64,000 bases of DNA, taken from the NCBI RefSeq assembly GCF_009914755.1, contig NC_060927.1; one strand, 5' to 3'. The position numbers and the translations under genes are program-made. Positions 1 to 26,396 of this stretch are shown here, in pieces (position 1 is the stretch's first letter; the number at the start of each line of letters is the position of its first letter). The stretch is from the human T2T-CHM13v2.0 reference genome, Homo sapiens. The notes beneath the pieces are model-generated. The model did no database searches and was not told where the DNA came from. It was given only the letters and a program-made list of their open reading frames with translations.

Positions 1-29
1 TCCCACCCACAGTCCCCCTGGCTGTGTAC

Positions 30-455
30 CTGTTGTTGATGCTGCTCCAAGGCTGTGACTCTATGTCCAGGCTATGGGAGGAGTTGTGGAAGGCAACAAG
101 AGCCCACTGAACAGTGGGCAGGGTCCCAGGTTGGAGGGAGCAGCCTGTGCCTGCTACAGTACCCAATCTAGGACCTGCAGGTGTCCACCCTGGCCCCTAA
201 CACCCCCACCAGGCATCCCCTAGCATAGGGTGGCCACCTCTTGGGCCACAGCTTCCAGCTGCAGTGGGAGCAGAGCCAGGAGTTGGTCTCAGAAGGTGAA
301 GCAGGTGGGACAGGAGGTGCAGTGTGGGAAGGCACCTCTGGAGCCATGAGCACATGCCTGGCACCTCAGCCCTAAGATGCCCTCTCTGAAGAAGCAGGTG
401 CCCATGTGTGAATCACAGCTGGGCAAGATGGAGCCCTGTGGGTCACAGGCACAGG
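30..455 (-). pseudogene. LAMB2P1: Laminin-beta fossil exon: last LE repeat and start of the coiled coil
   Basis: cag| then CACDPQGSILPSCDSHMGTCFFREGILGLRCQACAHGSRGAFPHCTSCPTCFTF*DQLLALLPLQLEAVAQEV. Compare LAMB2 ACDCDSRG...[35 protein letters not shown]. Has internal stops. Confidence 0.85.
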
Positions 456-511
456 CTGCAGAGGAGAGATAGGGTCAGGGTAGAGAGCAGATGACACTAG
501 CTCTAGCCTTA

Positions 512-1710
<1,199 letters not shown>

Positions 1711-2151
1711 ACTGAAGGATGAGAATGGCCCTGTGTAGGTGTGAGGGTGCACACCAACCCTTGCCTAAGCCACTGCTCAGAACTGCCATGGGCACTGGCA
1801 TTTACCCTGGACAGAGAGGCCATACTGCATGGCAGTATTTGGGCAGGAAAACAGCACAGGGTTCCAGGGGCTCTACAGCCCTGTCAGGGGTCAACCAGAG
1901 TCAAGGGCTGGCAGGCAGGGTGAGGAAAGAGCCACCTGATGTGTCCTCTCTATAGGCATCCCTCGCCTAGCCTTGCTGTTTCCCTTCAGCTGTTTTCACA
2001 AGTATTTCTTTAAGTTCTTTGGGGAAACAGCAATAAACGTGCTGTGTTCTCCCTCAGGAAAACCCCAAACACTCCCTTGCTACTCCATATTGAGCAGCCC
2101 CTGCAGGGCAGCCTCACCCCTGGCTGTGGAATGTGCAAGTGCCCCTCTCAC

Positions 2152-2248
2152 CTCTGCACTCCTGCTCAGGGTCACCCCAATACCCATTCTGCAACTGGGA
2201 GCATTTGCAGCTCCCAGACGCTGCCCAGCAGGGGCACTGACCTGTGAC
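2152..2248 (-). pseudogene. LAMB2P1: Laminin-beta fossil LE exon
   Basis: cttcag|VTGQCPCWAASGSCKCSQLQNGYWGDPEQECR|gtgaga, matching LAMB2 [32 protein letters not shown]. Confidence 0.85.
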
Positions 2249-2434
2249 CTGAAGGAAGAAAGCATAGCCTGGTCAGCAGGGCCAAAGACCCTTCTCTGGG
2301 AGAGGGAAAAGGACTTGAGTGCTTAGACATGCATGGCACACACATACTTGTATTTCCTCCCAGCTGTGTTCCTGCCCAAGGCAGCACCCACACTTGCATT
2401 TGGCTGAGAGCCTCTCCCTTCCTGCTTTCTCTGG

Positions 2435-3532
2435 TGTTGTGAGAAGTCAGGGACCCTGACTGGAGGGACCGGCTGGAGCCGAGGCAGAAGAACATAAATT
2501 GTGAAGATTTCATGGACATTTATCAGTTCCCCAAATTAATACTTTTATAATTTCTTATGCCTGTCTTTATTGCAATCTCTGAACATAAATTGTGAAGATT
2601 TCATGGACATTTATTATTTCCCCAATAATACTCTTATAATTTCTTATGCCTGTCTTTAATCTCTTAATCCTGTTATCTTCATAAGCCGAGAATATACATC
2701 ACCTCAGGACCACTATTGTACAAATTGATTGTAGAACTTGTGTGTTTGAACAATATGAAATCTGATTGTAAAATATGTGTGTTCGAACAATATGAAATCA
2801 GTGCACCCTGAAAAAGAACAGAATATCAGCAATTTTCAGGGAACAAGGGAAGATAACCATAAGGTCTGACTGCCTGCAGGGTCGGGCAGAATAGAGCCAT
2901 ATTTTTCTTCTTTCAGGGAGCCTATAAATGGATGTGCGAGTAGGAGAAATATCGCTGAATTATTTTCCCAGCAAGGAATATTAATAATTGATACCCTAGG
3001 GAAGGAATGCATTCCTGGGGGAAGGTCTATAGACGGCCACTCTGGGAGTTTGTGTCTTATGTGGTTGAGATAAGGACTGAAATATGCCCTGGTCTCCTGC
3101 AGTACCCTCAGGCTTACTAGGATTGGGAAATTCCAGCCTGGTAAATTCTAGTCAGACCGGTTGTCTGCTCTCAAACCTTGTTTCCTGTTAAGATGTTTAT
3201 CAAGACAATCTGTGTACAATGGGACATAGACCCTCATCAGTAATTCTAATTTTGCCTTTGCCTTGTGATCTTTATTGTTCTTTGAAGTATGTGATCCTTG
3301 TGACCTACTCCCTGTTTGTACACCCCCTCCCCTTTTAAAATCCCTAATAAAAACTTGCTGGTTTTGTGGCTTGGGGTCACCATCACGGTCCTACCAATGT
3401 GTGATGATACTCCCGGAGGCCCAGCTGTAAAATTTTTCTTTGTACTCTTTCTCTTTATTTCTTAGACCTGCTGACACTTAGGGAAAATAGAAAGAACCTA
3501 TGTTGAAATATTGGGGGTTGGTTCCCTTGATA
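2435..3532 (+). mobile_element. MER11 solo LTR (HERV-K11/HML-8), MER11A-like
   Basis: Starts tgttgtgagaagtcagggaccc...gaacataaattgtgaagatttcatggac; internal aataaa; 6-bp TSD ctctgg at 2429-2434 and 3533-3538. Confidence 0.88.
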
Positions 3533-4211
3533 CTCTGGCCTGCTGCCTTGGCCAATCTGCACCTTCCCACATTGCCAGCCCTTGCTTCCCATGGACCCAC
3601 TAGTTCTCATCTCCTGATCTGTTGCCCTTAGTTTCCCCATGTCCTGAGTTGCATACCCACTGTTTCCATGCCCCTCCTCCTATGCCTCACTCACTCCCTG
3701 AGTCTGACTCCCACCCCTCTCCTTGCCAAGGACACAGGAACACACTTCAAGCTTCATCTCATTCAGTCTCTGACCACTTTCCTCCCAGAAACGCTTGCTT
3801 CCCATGGCCATCTCTCTCTGCCTGCACCAGATCTCAATCCTAACCCTCCACCTGTACCTCCTCAGTCTCCTTCTCCTTCCAGCCCCACTCTTGTCTCCAC
3901 CCCTCATCACGCTCACTCTGCTTGCCATGACCTACTCACAGTGGTTCACTCACAAATTAGTGCATGGCTGCATGTGGGACTGGGGACATGCAGCCTCGTG
4001 TCCATACTCCCCCACACCCTGACACCACCTTATAGTTAACGCCACATGAGAGCAGAGACTCACACAGCTGTTTGCAGCCCCATGTACCAGTACTGGTGCT
4101 GGTGGTCACATTCACTCACAGCAGCCATAAGTCACATTGTGTCATAGGCAAGTGCAAGTTCACTCACACCTGGCTATGACCACATGCTATGTACAATATG
4201 GGCTTACTCAC

Positions 4212-7056
4212 TGGGTGGCACATTGATTGCAAAGTGTATTGAGCATGAAAGCCACAGAGTTCACAGCCCCAGGGGTCTCCCAGGTTCCAGAAGAGGGGGG
4301 CACAGTGGCTGCAGTCTTGCCCCAGAGTGCGGGGGCAGCACAGGCTTCAGCCTCAGATGGGCACCACATGAGGACATTGTCTCAAGGGTCACAACTGTAG
4401 CCTGGGGAGAGGAAGGCTTGGCCAATCTGGGGAGTGAAAATCCTACCCGGTCACCCTGGGATGTCCCCACCCACAAACTCATGCTGGCAGCCCTCTGAGC
4501 CCAGGTCTATAGGGGAACCTGCCCCCAATAGTCACACAGGTTCTTTTCTGTTTTCCCTAAGCATCGGCCAGGTTGAGAAATAAAGGGACAGAGTACAAAA
4601 GAGATAAATTTTAAAACTGGGCGTCTGGGGGAGACATCACATGTCGGTAGGTTCCATGATGCCCTCTGAGCCGTGAAACCAGCAAGTTTTTATTAGTGAT
4701 TTTCAAAAGGGGAGGGAGTGTATGAATAGGGTGTGGGTCACAGAGATCACATGCTTCACAAGGTGATAGAATATCACAAGGCAAATGGAGGCAGGGCGAG
4801 ATCACAGGACCACAGGACTGGGGCAAAATTAAAATTGCTAATGAAGTTTCGGGCACCATTGTCACTGATAACATCTTATCAGGAGACAGGGTTTGAGAGC
4901 AACCTGTCTGACCAAAATTTATTAGGCGGGAATTTCCTCATCCTAATAAGCCTGGGAGCGCTATGGGAGACTGGGGCTTATTTCATCTCTACAGTTTCGA
5001 CCACAGAAGATGGCCACACCCAAGGGGGCCATTTTAGAGGCCTACTCTCAGAGGCGCATTCTCTTTCTCAGGGATGTTCCTTGCTGAGAAAAAGAATTCA
5101 GCGATATTTCTCCCATTTGCTTTTGAAAGAAGAGAAATACAGCTCTGTTCCGCCTGGCTCACCAGCGGTCAGAGTTTAAGGTTATCTCTCTTGTTCCCTG
5201 AACATTGCTGTTATCCTGTTCTTTTTTCAAGGTGCCCAGATTTCATATTGTTCAAACACACATGCTCTACAATTTGTGCAGTTAATGCAATCATCACAGG
5301 GTCCTGAGGCGACATACATCCTCCTCAGTTTACGAGATGACAGGATTAAGATATTAAAGTAAAGACAGGCATAGGAAATCACAAGGGTATTGATTGGGAA
5401 AGTGATAAGTGTCCATGAAATCTTCACAATTTATGTTTACAGATTGCAGTAAAGACAGGCATAAGAAATTATAAAAGTATTAATTTGGGGAACTAATAAA
5501 TGTCCATGAAATCTTCACAATCCACGTTCTTCTGCCATGGCTTCAGCCGGTCCCTCCATTTGGGGTCCCTGACTTCCCGCAACACAGGTCACTGCTGCGG
5601 AAGCCAGGCTTGCCGTGGGCATAGGCAGGGACATGGCTGTGGTGCACAGAATGCTGGCAGTGCCCACTGTGGGGGTCACAGGCAGCAGGATCATGGAGAT
5701 TGATATTGCCACACTGGCAGACCGGTATGGACTCTTCTGGGGTATCCTCCTGGCCAGGTGCCCAAAATAGCCACAGAAGCAGTGGTCACAGCTGAGGCCT
5801 GGAGAGGACTGGGGTATATGTGTCTTCCTGTACCCTGGGGGCCTGTGGGTCTCAGATATGCAGCCAGAGAGTCTGAGGTCTGGCCAGGAGGGACACAATA
5901 GGTATATTATAGCCCATCTTCCTGGCTTTCAAGGTCTATACCTATAATTCCCCCCATTCAGCCCTCCTTCCTCAGAACAGGAACTCCTTGAAGATGGTGC
6001 CCAGCTCAGCATACAGGTGGCATTGGGAAGATTTGTCATGTGGACCTGATGGGATTGTGAACAATTGACCAGGGCTGTGGCTTTGTCACTGCCAACCATG
6101 CCTCACCTGCATAGCCAGGTAAACAGAAGACTAGGATATGCCCACTCATGCTGTCCACATGGCAGGAACTCCCATGATAGAGGCTGGAATTGGGGTGCCC
6201 AGGACAAAGGCAGAGCCAGCACCGCTGGCCCAAGCCTAGAGTGGGGTCTCCATAGTAGCCATCCAAGCACCTGGGGGCAGTAGCACATGGTATGGGGCCT
6301 GTTCAACCCATCCAATGACAGTGCTCACCTTTTACAGTGCCAGCCTGGCAGGCCTGGCAGATACATATAAGGGGGTGGCACAACTCAGCATGCCCATTGC
6401 AGGCACAGGGCTGGCACTGCCAAAAGCTTCAGTAGCCAGGGAGGCAGTAGTCACGGCAGCAACCAGCAAGTCCTTCCTGGAACATGCACTGCCCATACAC
6501 AGGGTTATAGATGGCACTGGTGGTACCTTCAGCATGTCAGTGGCACTCTGTGGAGAATGACAAAGCAATCAAGCCATGCAAGGACAGGAGACAGCTGGCC
6601 CCCAACCTCATGCCTACAGGCCCTGAAGGCTCATCACTGCAGCCAGAGGCCCAAAGCCTGCTTTCCAGGCACACAGTGGTCACAAGTATGACCAATGATA
6701 TGAAGATGGCAGGGATACTGCCCACATAGCAGGCCCCACTCAGTGCTCAGTGAACCTTGCAGATGGCACACATGCTGGCAGAGGAAGGGAAAGATTAGAT
6801 GAACCTCATGGTGCTCCTGCAACCCCTACCCTGAAGCCACTTCAAGCCTGGCACATACACTCACTGAGGCCCATCCCCATGGAGCAGGGCTGAGATGCTG
6901 CAGAACAGGCAGGCACAGGCTTCAGGCATCGTGCTGGAGAGGCCTGGCCTTGCTGCCTCCATGAGCCTGCCTGGTGGAACTCCTGTAAATGCCTGAGGCC
7001 CCAGGGTACAAAGACCCCAGCCCAGGCAACGTGTTCACCCATGGCAGGTGCACAAG
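4212..7056 (-). pseudogene. LAMB2P1: Laminin-beta fossil exons: end of L4/LF domain and LE repeats (6 exons)
   Basis: PEACACLFCSISALLHG (7056-6865); CHLQGSLSTEW...TCDHCVPG (6774-6635); QCQPCACNGHAELCHP (6547-6329); CLDGYYGDPTLGLGQRCWLCLCPGHP...CLPGYAG, open frame (6270-6107); GLSCDHCFCGYFG...DPAACDPHSGHC, split by MER11 (5798-4483); GQDCSHCAPLFWNLGDPWGCELC (4401-4212). Confidence 0.88.
4508..5584 (-). mobile_element. MER11 solo LTR (MER11B/C-like), inserted in a fossil laminin exon
   Basis: Reverse complement starts tgttgcgggaagtcagggaccccaaatggagggaccggctgaagccatggcag; 6-bp TSD caggtc at 4502-4507 and 5585-5590. Confidence 0.9.
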
Positions 7057-7203
7057 CTAGCAAGAGGGTCAAGGGAAGCCAGCAAGAGGCAATCAGCCCC
7101 ACTCATTAACACTTACTTGCCACCTTTCTTGGATTGGCCCTCATCCAAGGGGGACATCCCTACCCCCACCCCTCAGCCCCCCTTCTGTTTCCTAATCTCT
7201 CTC

Positions 7204-7642
<439 letters not shown>

Positions 7643-7679
7643 CTTGAACCCCTAATCTGTTTTGAGTCAATTTTTCCTC

Positions 7680-8040
7680 CATCTCCAGTGGCCCCAATCT
7701 AGTAGAGAGAATGCCATCTCTCACTCAGAATCATTTCGGGAGCTTGCATCTGGGCCTTCCACCAAACAATAAATTCTCCCCACATCTCTTCCCTGCTTAA
7801 ATCTCTTCCATGGTTCCCCACTTCCCCTGGGATAAAGGTTAAGCCCCTCTCCTGGCCCAAAAGGTCCTATGAGATCTGGCACTTGCCTATTCTTATCTTC
7901 TGTCTTTTGCATGAGCTGTTTCCCCTGCCTGGGCTCCTCTGCCTACACTCTCCATCTATGTAGGTCTTAATCCTCTTGCTGCAACTCCAGGCCTCTATGA
8001 TCCCCTGCCTCCCAGCCTCACTGCACCAATCCTGTCTTGC
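7680..8040. mobile_element. L2 fragment
   Basis: ccctgcttaaatctcttccatggttccccac...ggtcctatgagatctggc resembles the L2 3' region. Confidence 0.5.
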
Positions 8041-8059
8041 TATAATTTATGTCTCAGAG

Positions 8060-10386
<2,327 letters not shown>

Positions 10387-10557
10387 TCAGTCCTCCACAC
10401 TCCCTCTTGGTCTGCCATAGCCTGTGTCGTGGAGTAGCAGCATGTTCCTGGATCAAAGCAGAAAGTCTGTATAGAACCACAACCCTGCAGTGAATGGGGA
10501 GAGGAGAAGAGGTGAGGTGATGCTGCAATGATCATGTGGTCCCAGAGATGCCTCCAT

Positions 10558-10645
10558 GCTTCCTTCCTTCCTTCCTTCTTTCCTTCCTTCCTTCCTTCGT
10601 TCCTTCCTTCCTTCCTCCCTCCCTCCGTCCTTTCTTTCTTTCCTT
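10558..10645. repeat. (TTCC)n / (TTTC)n microsatellite
   Basis: Direct inspection. Confidence 0.9.
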
Positions 10646-10654
10646 TTTCTTCTT

Positions 10655-11926
<1,272 letters not shown>

Positions 11927-12645
11927 TAAGTACCTGTTTTGCTTGTTTTACGACATGATGATATGCCATACTGACGGTTTGGTGTGTTTCAAATGTGTGG
12001 GCAGCATAATGGGGTCCTGGTATTGGGAGTGACAGGGTTGGGGGTCACAGGGTCTTGCCTAGCTGTGTGCACGAAGCAGGGCCACCTGAAACAGCTGCTC
12101 TGAGGGCAGCAGATGGGCACAGTGGGTGCTGCTGGGCAGGAATTGGGCACAGACACTGACTAATGCCTGACAGTCTTCAGGTTCCTGGGGTTAGGGGTCA
12201 GCAGTCACAGAGCCACTCCTATCCATCCCTACCACCACCCATCCACACTCCTGACATCCACACCACTGACCTAGGTTTCATAGAGCAGGACAATGTCATA
12301 CTACAGGGCATGAGGCACCAATGGGCACCAGGAGAGAAGGGCAACCCTCACTGACCACATGGGCAAAGTCAAGCCAGTCCAAAATACAGGACCAGCTGCC
12401 CATGCAGGGGAAAGGGCTTTTCTGGGGCCTGCATGTGAGACACAGACTTCCCATTCCAGGACCTACGACCCTCAGGGCTTAGACTCCCATTCCCTCAAGA
12501 ACCCAAGGATCTGTATTCCCAGGCCCTTATCCCTCTTAAGATCCTAGTGACCTGTGACTTCATCTTGTTCCCCAGACTCCTCACTTTGGGCAGCTGGTGC
12601 CTGTAATGGTCTTGCCAGACAGGGTGGAGGGCACATCAAGGGTCA

Positions 12646-12982
<337 letters not shown>

Positions 12983-13367
12983 CTATCTCTGAAGTCGGGG
13001 CTGAAGCCAGTCAGAGGCAGTCCCTGGGGCTTCTGTACAGTGGAAAGGAGCAGGCCAGGGGGCTCCCTCGAAGGAAGTGGGAGTCCTAGTCCTTTCCCAT
13101 ACTGTCCTGGGAATAATATGGCCTCTGTCCAAGACACTGAACTTTTGACCATGCTGACACCCATACCTGGATTTCCAAGTCTTTCCAACCCTGCTCAGAC
13201 TCTTCCTCCAAATAGTTATCTGGACGTTCACTTCTTCCAGTGAGCCCCAGTGTCTGAGCTTTGATTTCTTTCTGCTTCTGACCCTCCTGATACTTATACT
13301 TGCTGGAGAACCTGGCCAAGTTTGGCTTCAGCTGTGGCCAAGGGCAGCACAGAAATACCCAGATTAG

Positions 13368-13680
<313 letters not shown>

Positions 13681-14181
13681 AGAAATACCCAGATTAGTGC
13701 TCATGGCAGTGGCAGCCACAGAGGTGGGGGTGGGATATGCAGAGACTCACCACTGCAGAATACCTGAGGGAGCACAGAGGTGAGGAGGGGTCAGGGTGAA
13801 GTCTTGATTCTTGCCATTTGACCATGAATTTCAGGCCCCGCCCTGTACCTGTTACTGTAGCATCTGCAAAGTTAAAGTCACAGGGCCAGCAGCCTGGGTG
13901 GGGGCGGGGTCACTGCCCAGACCCTAGAACTCAGGCTGTAGGAGACTGTAGTTGGGTTGGGGAAGGCAAGAAGATCTGGACAGGAAGAGGAGGGGAGGGG
14001 CCTGATAAGTCTTATATTGGGTCTGCCTATGGTGGGAAAAGGGGTGAGAAAGGGCCTGAATGTTCCTCTGACTGCATCTGAAAGTGAGAGAGAAGATCAT
14101 GGTGCACTCCTGAGTAACTTCACAGAGAGACATAAGAAGGAGATGAGGACACAACCAGGGTTAAATAAAAGTTAAGCCAAG

Positions 14182-14951
<770 letters not shown>

Positions 14952-15176
14952 CAATTTCCCTTTTGTTTCCGAAACTCCCACCTGAGGGCATATACAGGTT
15001 CAGCTAGCCAAAGTGATGCTGACCCTGGTGACCAAGTCAGTGAGCGGCACCCACCCAAGTACAAGGCTCAGTCCACAGTCATGATAACTATAGCCTTATA
15101 CTCATTATAAGGCTATAGCTCCAAGAAGCTCAGTGCCAAAGGTCAAGGTTAAATCAGAAGGTGGGCCAAGCCTCAC

Positions 15177-16360
15177 CAGACAATGGCTACCGTCCTGCCC
15201 AGAGACAAAGCATTTGCAGTGACAGGTACCACTGGAGGGATAACAGACATGAGTACCAGGGACCTGAACCCTGGGGTCACACCTGCAGGCGAAGGCTTAG
15301 GGCTCTTAGCTTGCTAATGGAACTGCAGTGAGGTGGGTAGGTGCGTGTGTTATCAGGGCAGTAACTGGGGGCAGAGCCAGGAGGACATGGAGGCGGGGGC
15401 CCACCCTGAGTGTCACTCACACTGGCAGCTCTGAGGTTGGGTGGAGCTCAGGCCATAGTGACCAGGCCAGTAGGAGTCACAGTGCTGACCCCATACACAC
15501 ACTTTGCAGCAACACTGCCCAGAGAGGAGGCCATGGATCTCATTAATGTGAGCATCACACAAATCCCCTTCCAGACACCCACAGGGTCACAGTCACAGGC
15601 TAGATCAGAGGTCAGAGGTTAAGGATGGAATTAGGTCAGAGGTCACCATGGAGCTGAAGGATAAGAGTCAGTGTTGGGATTAGGGGTTGAAGGACTCATG
15701 TCTGCAGGACCGAGGGGAACAGGGATCCTCTCAGGGATGACAGTAGAAGAAGGGCCAGCAGAACTCACAGTGGCGCCCAGCTGTGTTGTGCTGACACACA
15801 TCACACACACCTCCACTCACATAACCAGACACACAGCTGTGTCAAAGTGACAACTGTAGACATGCCCATGGCACTCACATTCTGAGGCAGAACCAGAAAG
15901 GTAGATATGGGGTGGGCGGACCTGTGGCAGGTATGGCCAGGCAGAGTAGAGCATGGCATTCATCCCAGCAGGCATGGGGGTGCCCAGGCTCTGCTGCATG
16001 TCATGGATGATCCTGGTGCAGGTCTTGGCAGCACTCACAGTGTGCACCGACTGGTGGGGACAGATGCAAAGCCCATGTACCTGATAGGGAGGAGGGCAAG
16101 GCAGGCCTGCTCTGGAGTCCCAGCTTGCCCACCCCACCAGCAACAGAATGCCCCTCCCATTGTCCTCACCACATTGGCTGGGGTTCCAGGTGCAGACCTG
16201 CACTTAGAGGTGTGCCCAAGGCACAGGCAACTGCCTTTGGCTACAAGCTCATAGAAGGCATAGTAGTAGAAGGGGTGTCCCTTGAGGCCTCCCAGGGGCC
16301 TGTCACCCAGGGTGTGCAGTTTGGAGAAGTTTACACAGAGGTTAGTCACATGCAGGAGCT
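15177..16360 (-). pseudogene. LAMB2P1: Core of LAMB2P1 (end of LN domain plus LE1-4; 5 exons)
   Basis: ELLHVTNLCVNFSKLHTLGD...YYYAFYELVAKGSCLCLGHTSKC; VHGLCIC; [17 protein letters not shown]...[21 protein letters not shown]; CDCDPVG...GLLSGQCCCK; CRCDPR...GTCHCKCFVSG. These are unmistakable laminin-beta motifs. From memory, this is the part usually annotated. Confidence 0.93.
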
Positions 16361-16769
16361 CTGGAGACACAGATGGTCAGACCTTGGGTGCCTTGGTCCT
16401 CACTTTCTATGACGAGGGAGGAGGGAAAGGAATGGGGGAGTCTTTCCCCTCTCCACATCCTTGTATCCACTCCTCCTGCCCTCATGCTATGGGGTTCTGT
16501 CATCCCTGCTTCCCTGGGAATGCTGTCTTAAGATGACCACAGCCTTCCCCATGGTGATAATTCCACTTCTGTAGTGAGGATCCCCTTTCTCCAATCCTGA
16601 TTTTACTCCTGAACTGAGACCTGCACATCCCACTACTTCCTGGACACCCCACCATGGTATCATCAGGTATCTGAAACCTGCTTCCCTAATGCAGTAAAGG
16701 ATTCTGCTTGTCATCCCATAGTCCAAACTAAAAATCTACTATCATTCAGCTAAACCACATAGGTACTAC

Positions 16770-19857
<3,088 letters not shown>

Positions 19858-21264
19858 ACAGATGGGTTATTTATCAACTGTCTTTCTGACTTGATGTCCG
19901 TTCCAAGAAGGCAGATACCTTTTCTGCTGCTTCCCATCAAACACTGCCCAGAAGATGCCTGACAGAGTGTACAGCTCAATGGGTGCTTGTTATATGAATA
20001 CATAGGTAAAGGAATGGGTCCATGGCTCCTCTCCCTGCTCCACATCTTAGGTCCATTACTAAGATACAGGAGGTCCGCTACCTCCTGTATCTTTCCTCTG
20101 CAGGCCTCTCCTCTTTTCTGATCTGAGGTGAAAAACAACAGCAGCTTGCAGACCTACCATGAGGGCTCAAGGTGAGCAGCTGGTAATAACTGCAGTTAAG
20201 GGGGGCAAGGAGTGCCCATTGGGTGTAGAGAAAAAACTAGTTTGGCGTTTGTCCTGCTCTGGTACCCTCCTGGCCTGATTCTGGGCTCTCCTACTAGGAG
20301 TCTTTAACAAAGACTTCTTTACAAGGAAGGTGTTACATCCAGAGATGCCCTGGTGCCACCTAGAGGCAGCTGCAGGGACAAAGGGCAAAGGTCAGGGTCA
20401 TGAATGGAGTTGGAGGAGCAATGACAGGTAGACTATGACAGGGGCAGTGATGGGGGCCCACAAAGGGAAGAGTTATGAGGGGCAGTGATAGTAGAGACGG
20501 GGGACAGGTATGAGGAAATGAGGAACTATGATGGGGCCTCACAAAGGGATTCAATAATGGGGCAGAGTCATTATTGAAATTGTTCCCCATGCCAGTCCCT
20601 ATACACTGGGTACAAGTATGGGGAACAGTGATGGGGTATAAATGGGAGGCCACAAAAAGGACCATGATGGGGCAGGGCTGGGGAACGGCCCTGGAAGACT
20701 GAGCTTGCCTACTTGCCCTGTCCCACCGGTGCCCACTCGGGGCAGGGCCTGTTTCCCCCAGTATCTACAAGCTCTGTCCTGACACACAAATGGTACAGGA
20801 TTGCCTCTGGGGATGATTACCCTGAATCTCAGGGTTGTTTGGATCCTCTACTGGAATGGCTGGGTCCAGAACTTTGAAAATCACCTGGGAGAAAGAAGCA
20901 GGTTTGAGCATCCTATTTCACCTCAGGGCCCAACCCCCCTTTCCCTGGGCCTGACCTTGCCCTCAGTGGAAGGCTTGATGTCTGAGTAATGCTGGTCACA
21001 GACGAGGTCACTGACTCTGTGGCTAGGGGTAGGAGGGATCCCAAGAAAGAGGCTTGGGCAGTTGTGAACAAAGTATCTGTACATGTGCCAGGAGCGGCAT
21101 GGTCCACTGAGTGCTCAAGGAGCACAGCTGCTAGGTGGAATGTCTGGGGAGTCACTAGGGACAAGCATCACTGGTGGCCATCAAATAGGGAAGCACAGGG
21201 TCAGCACTTGCTAAGCAAGCCTTCAGGCTGGGGCACTGGGAAAGTCTTGAGGTGGGTGAAGTAG

Positions 21265-22204
<940 letters not shown>

Positions 22205-22280
22205 GATGGTGACATTTTCAACACCTGCAGCCATAGGGCTAGTGAGTGACTAGGCCCTGACCCCGTACCTCCACACGTAG

Positions 22281-22706
<426 letters not shown>

Positions 22707-23060
22707 AGACAGGGGCAATTCTGAGTTTTGGGTTAGGACTCAAGGAAACTGACTAGAGAGGTTAATCATCAGATCTCTACTCCAAAATTTCACAGCACAT
22801 GCCTCTAGCTCCCAGCAATGACCCAGACCCCCAACAGGGCTGAACCAGCCCAGGACACCCAAAGAAACCAGCCTCCAGAGCCCTCACCTGCAGGTGACTG
22901 CCAATGAAGTAGGGCTCAGGGCCTACTGGATGAAGTTCGAAGGCTCTGGCTCTGGCCCCAGCCAACAACCAGGATGCTGATGCAGCCAGATCGGGAAGGG
23001 ATATCTGGCACTCCCTGGGAAACTGTTCTAGGAGCCTGGACTAGGAGGGGCAGCATCTGA

Positions 23061-23430
<370 letters not shown>

Positions 23431-24872
23431 CTGGGCTGCCCTTGAGGAGCTGAGTGTGGCTCTCAGGTCATTCCCCATATTCACATCATGAATGAAAGAG
23501 TTGTCAGAGGCAAGTAGCATGTAAGGTAGTGGGGCGACAGCACAGCTGGGAGCAAGGTCCCAGAGCTTGGGAAACCAAGGGAGGACACACCCAGGGGAAG
23601 CATGCCACAAGATGCAGAAGGGGCAGGAGGGCACCAAGAAGCACAGAGCTTCTCCACAGGTCCACCACCCAGGGCAGCTGGCAGCTTGTGGGGCCCAAAC
23701 CCAGAAACAGAAAACATCTGATTCTCACTGAAATGATGCCCCTACCCCAGGGAGGGGGAATGTGTGCCCCTCCCTGCCAACCCCAGGCACTGCCATTCAG
23801 CCTGGGCAGCCAGTGATGGACTACAGATGGGCAGGACAGTTACCTCCTTCAGGTCCCAGGGCCCAGCCCCCTCTCTAAAGCAGGAAGGGTGACAATGTAT
23901 TTTAACATATGGACCATGTTGGAGGGCATGATGAGGCTGGACCTGGGAGTAGAGAGAGCACTTAAGATTCATACAGAAAGCACTGCTGATGAGGCAGTCA
24001 TGGAAAACCTCACCCAACCAAGGAGAAAATTATTTGGTCACTGAGGGCAAGCTCTGTGGTCCTGACTCAACCACCAGTACCTTGCCACCAATCGAAGTTG
24101 AGGATAGTTACTCTCTGCCACGAGAGCAGAGTGGGGAGAAGCACCTCAACCCCTTTGGGCCTGGACCCACACCAGAAAAGCCCAGGCTAAGCCCCAAGAT
24201 TTTAGCCAGGCTGTCTGTTTGGTCCCTAGGGAAGTACCACAAAGGCTCCATTCCAGGACCTAAAAACCCACTAGCTGCAAGGTTCCCCATGGAACCTACT
24301 GTCCTGCATGGGGCCTACTGTCCTGAATGGGGCCTGTCTGGATCACAAACCAGAGCAGCCTCAAAGGGAAGTGTCTTACTTCACAGTGGCTCTGCTTCTG
24401 CATTCAGGGGATGCCTCTCAGACAACCACAGAAGCCAATTTCCCCTCATCTCTCCAAAGGGGCCCAGGAGCTGCCTCCTCCCACAACCCCCGGAAATAGG
24501 CAGGCCTATTTCTGGGACCACTTTCCCTATATCTTCAAGCTGGCCTGCCAGCAGCCACACACACACAGAAGACCATGGAGGGTGGGCAGGGAGACTGGAA
24601 GGTGGAAAGGTATAAAACGTGATAGATGGAACAGTAGACATACAACTTGAATAACAAGTCACAGTGCATCGCGCCATGAAAACACCCCTCCCGCCCACCC
24701 ACCCCACCGTACCCCACCCACTCTGGTTTCTGAAAGGAGGCTGGTGGTCACCAGGGCCCTAGAGAGGCACCTGGAGTCCTCAAGATTGTGGAGTCCACGG
24801 ACATAGCACACTGTGCCACTAGCCACACAGACAGCTGGGCTTAGTTTCCCCAAACATTGCCGTGTGAAGGAA

Positions 24873-26396
<1,524 letters not shown>

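Noticed and set aside
2490-2660. ~90-bp tandem duplication, with related sequence at 5400-5520
   Set aside because: Intrinsic internal repeat of MER11 LTRs, not a CRISPR-like or novel array.
16035-16370. Laminin-like ORFs (also 15817-16203 and 6036-6266) as a functional gene
   Set aside because: Neighbouring exons carry stops, frameshifts, dead splice sites and TE insertions, so these are pseudogene remnants.
23989-24615. 208-aa + strand ORF downstream of CCDC71
   Set aside because: No recognisable domain, splice context or compositional signal; likely a chance ORF in GC-rich DNA.
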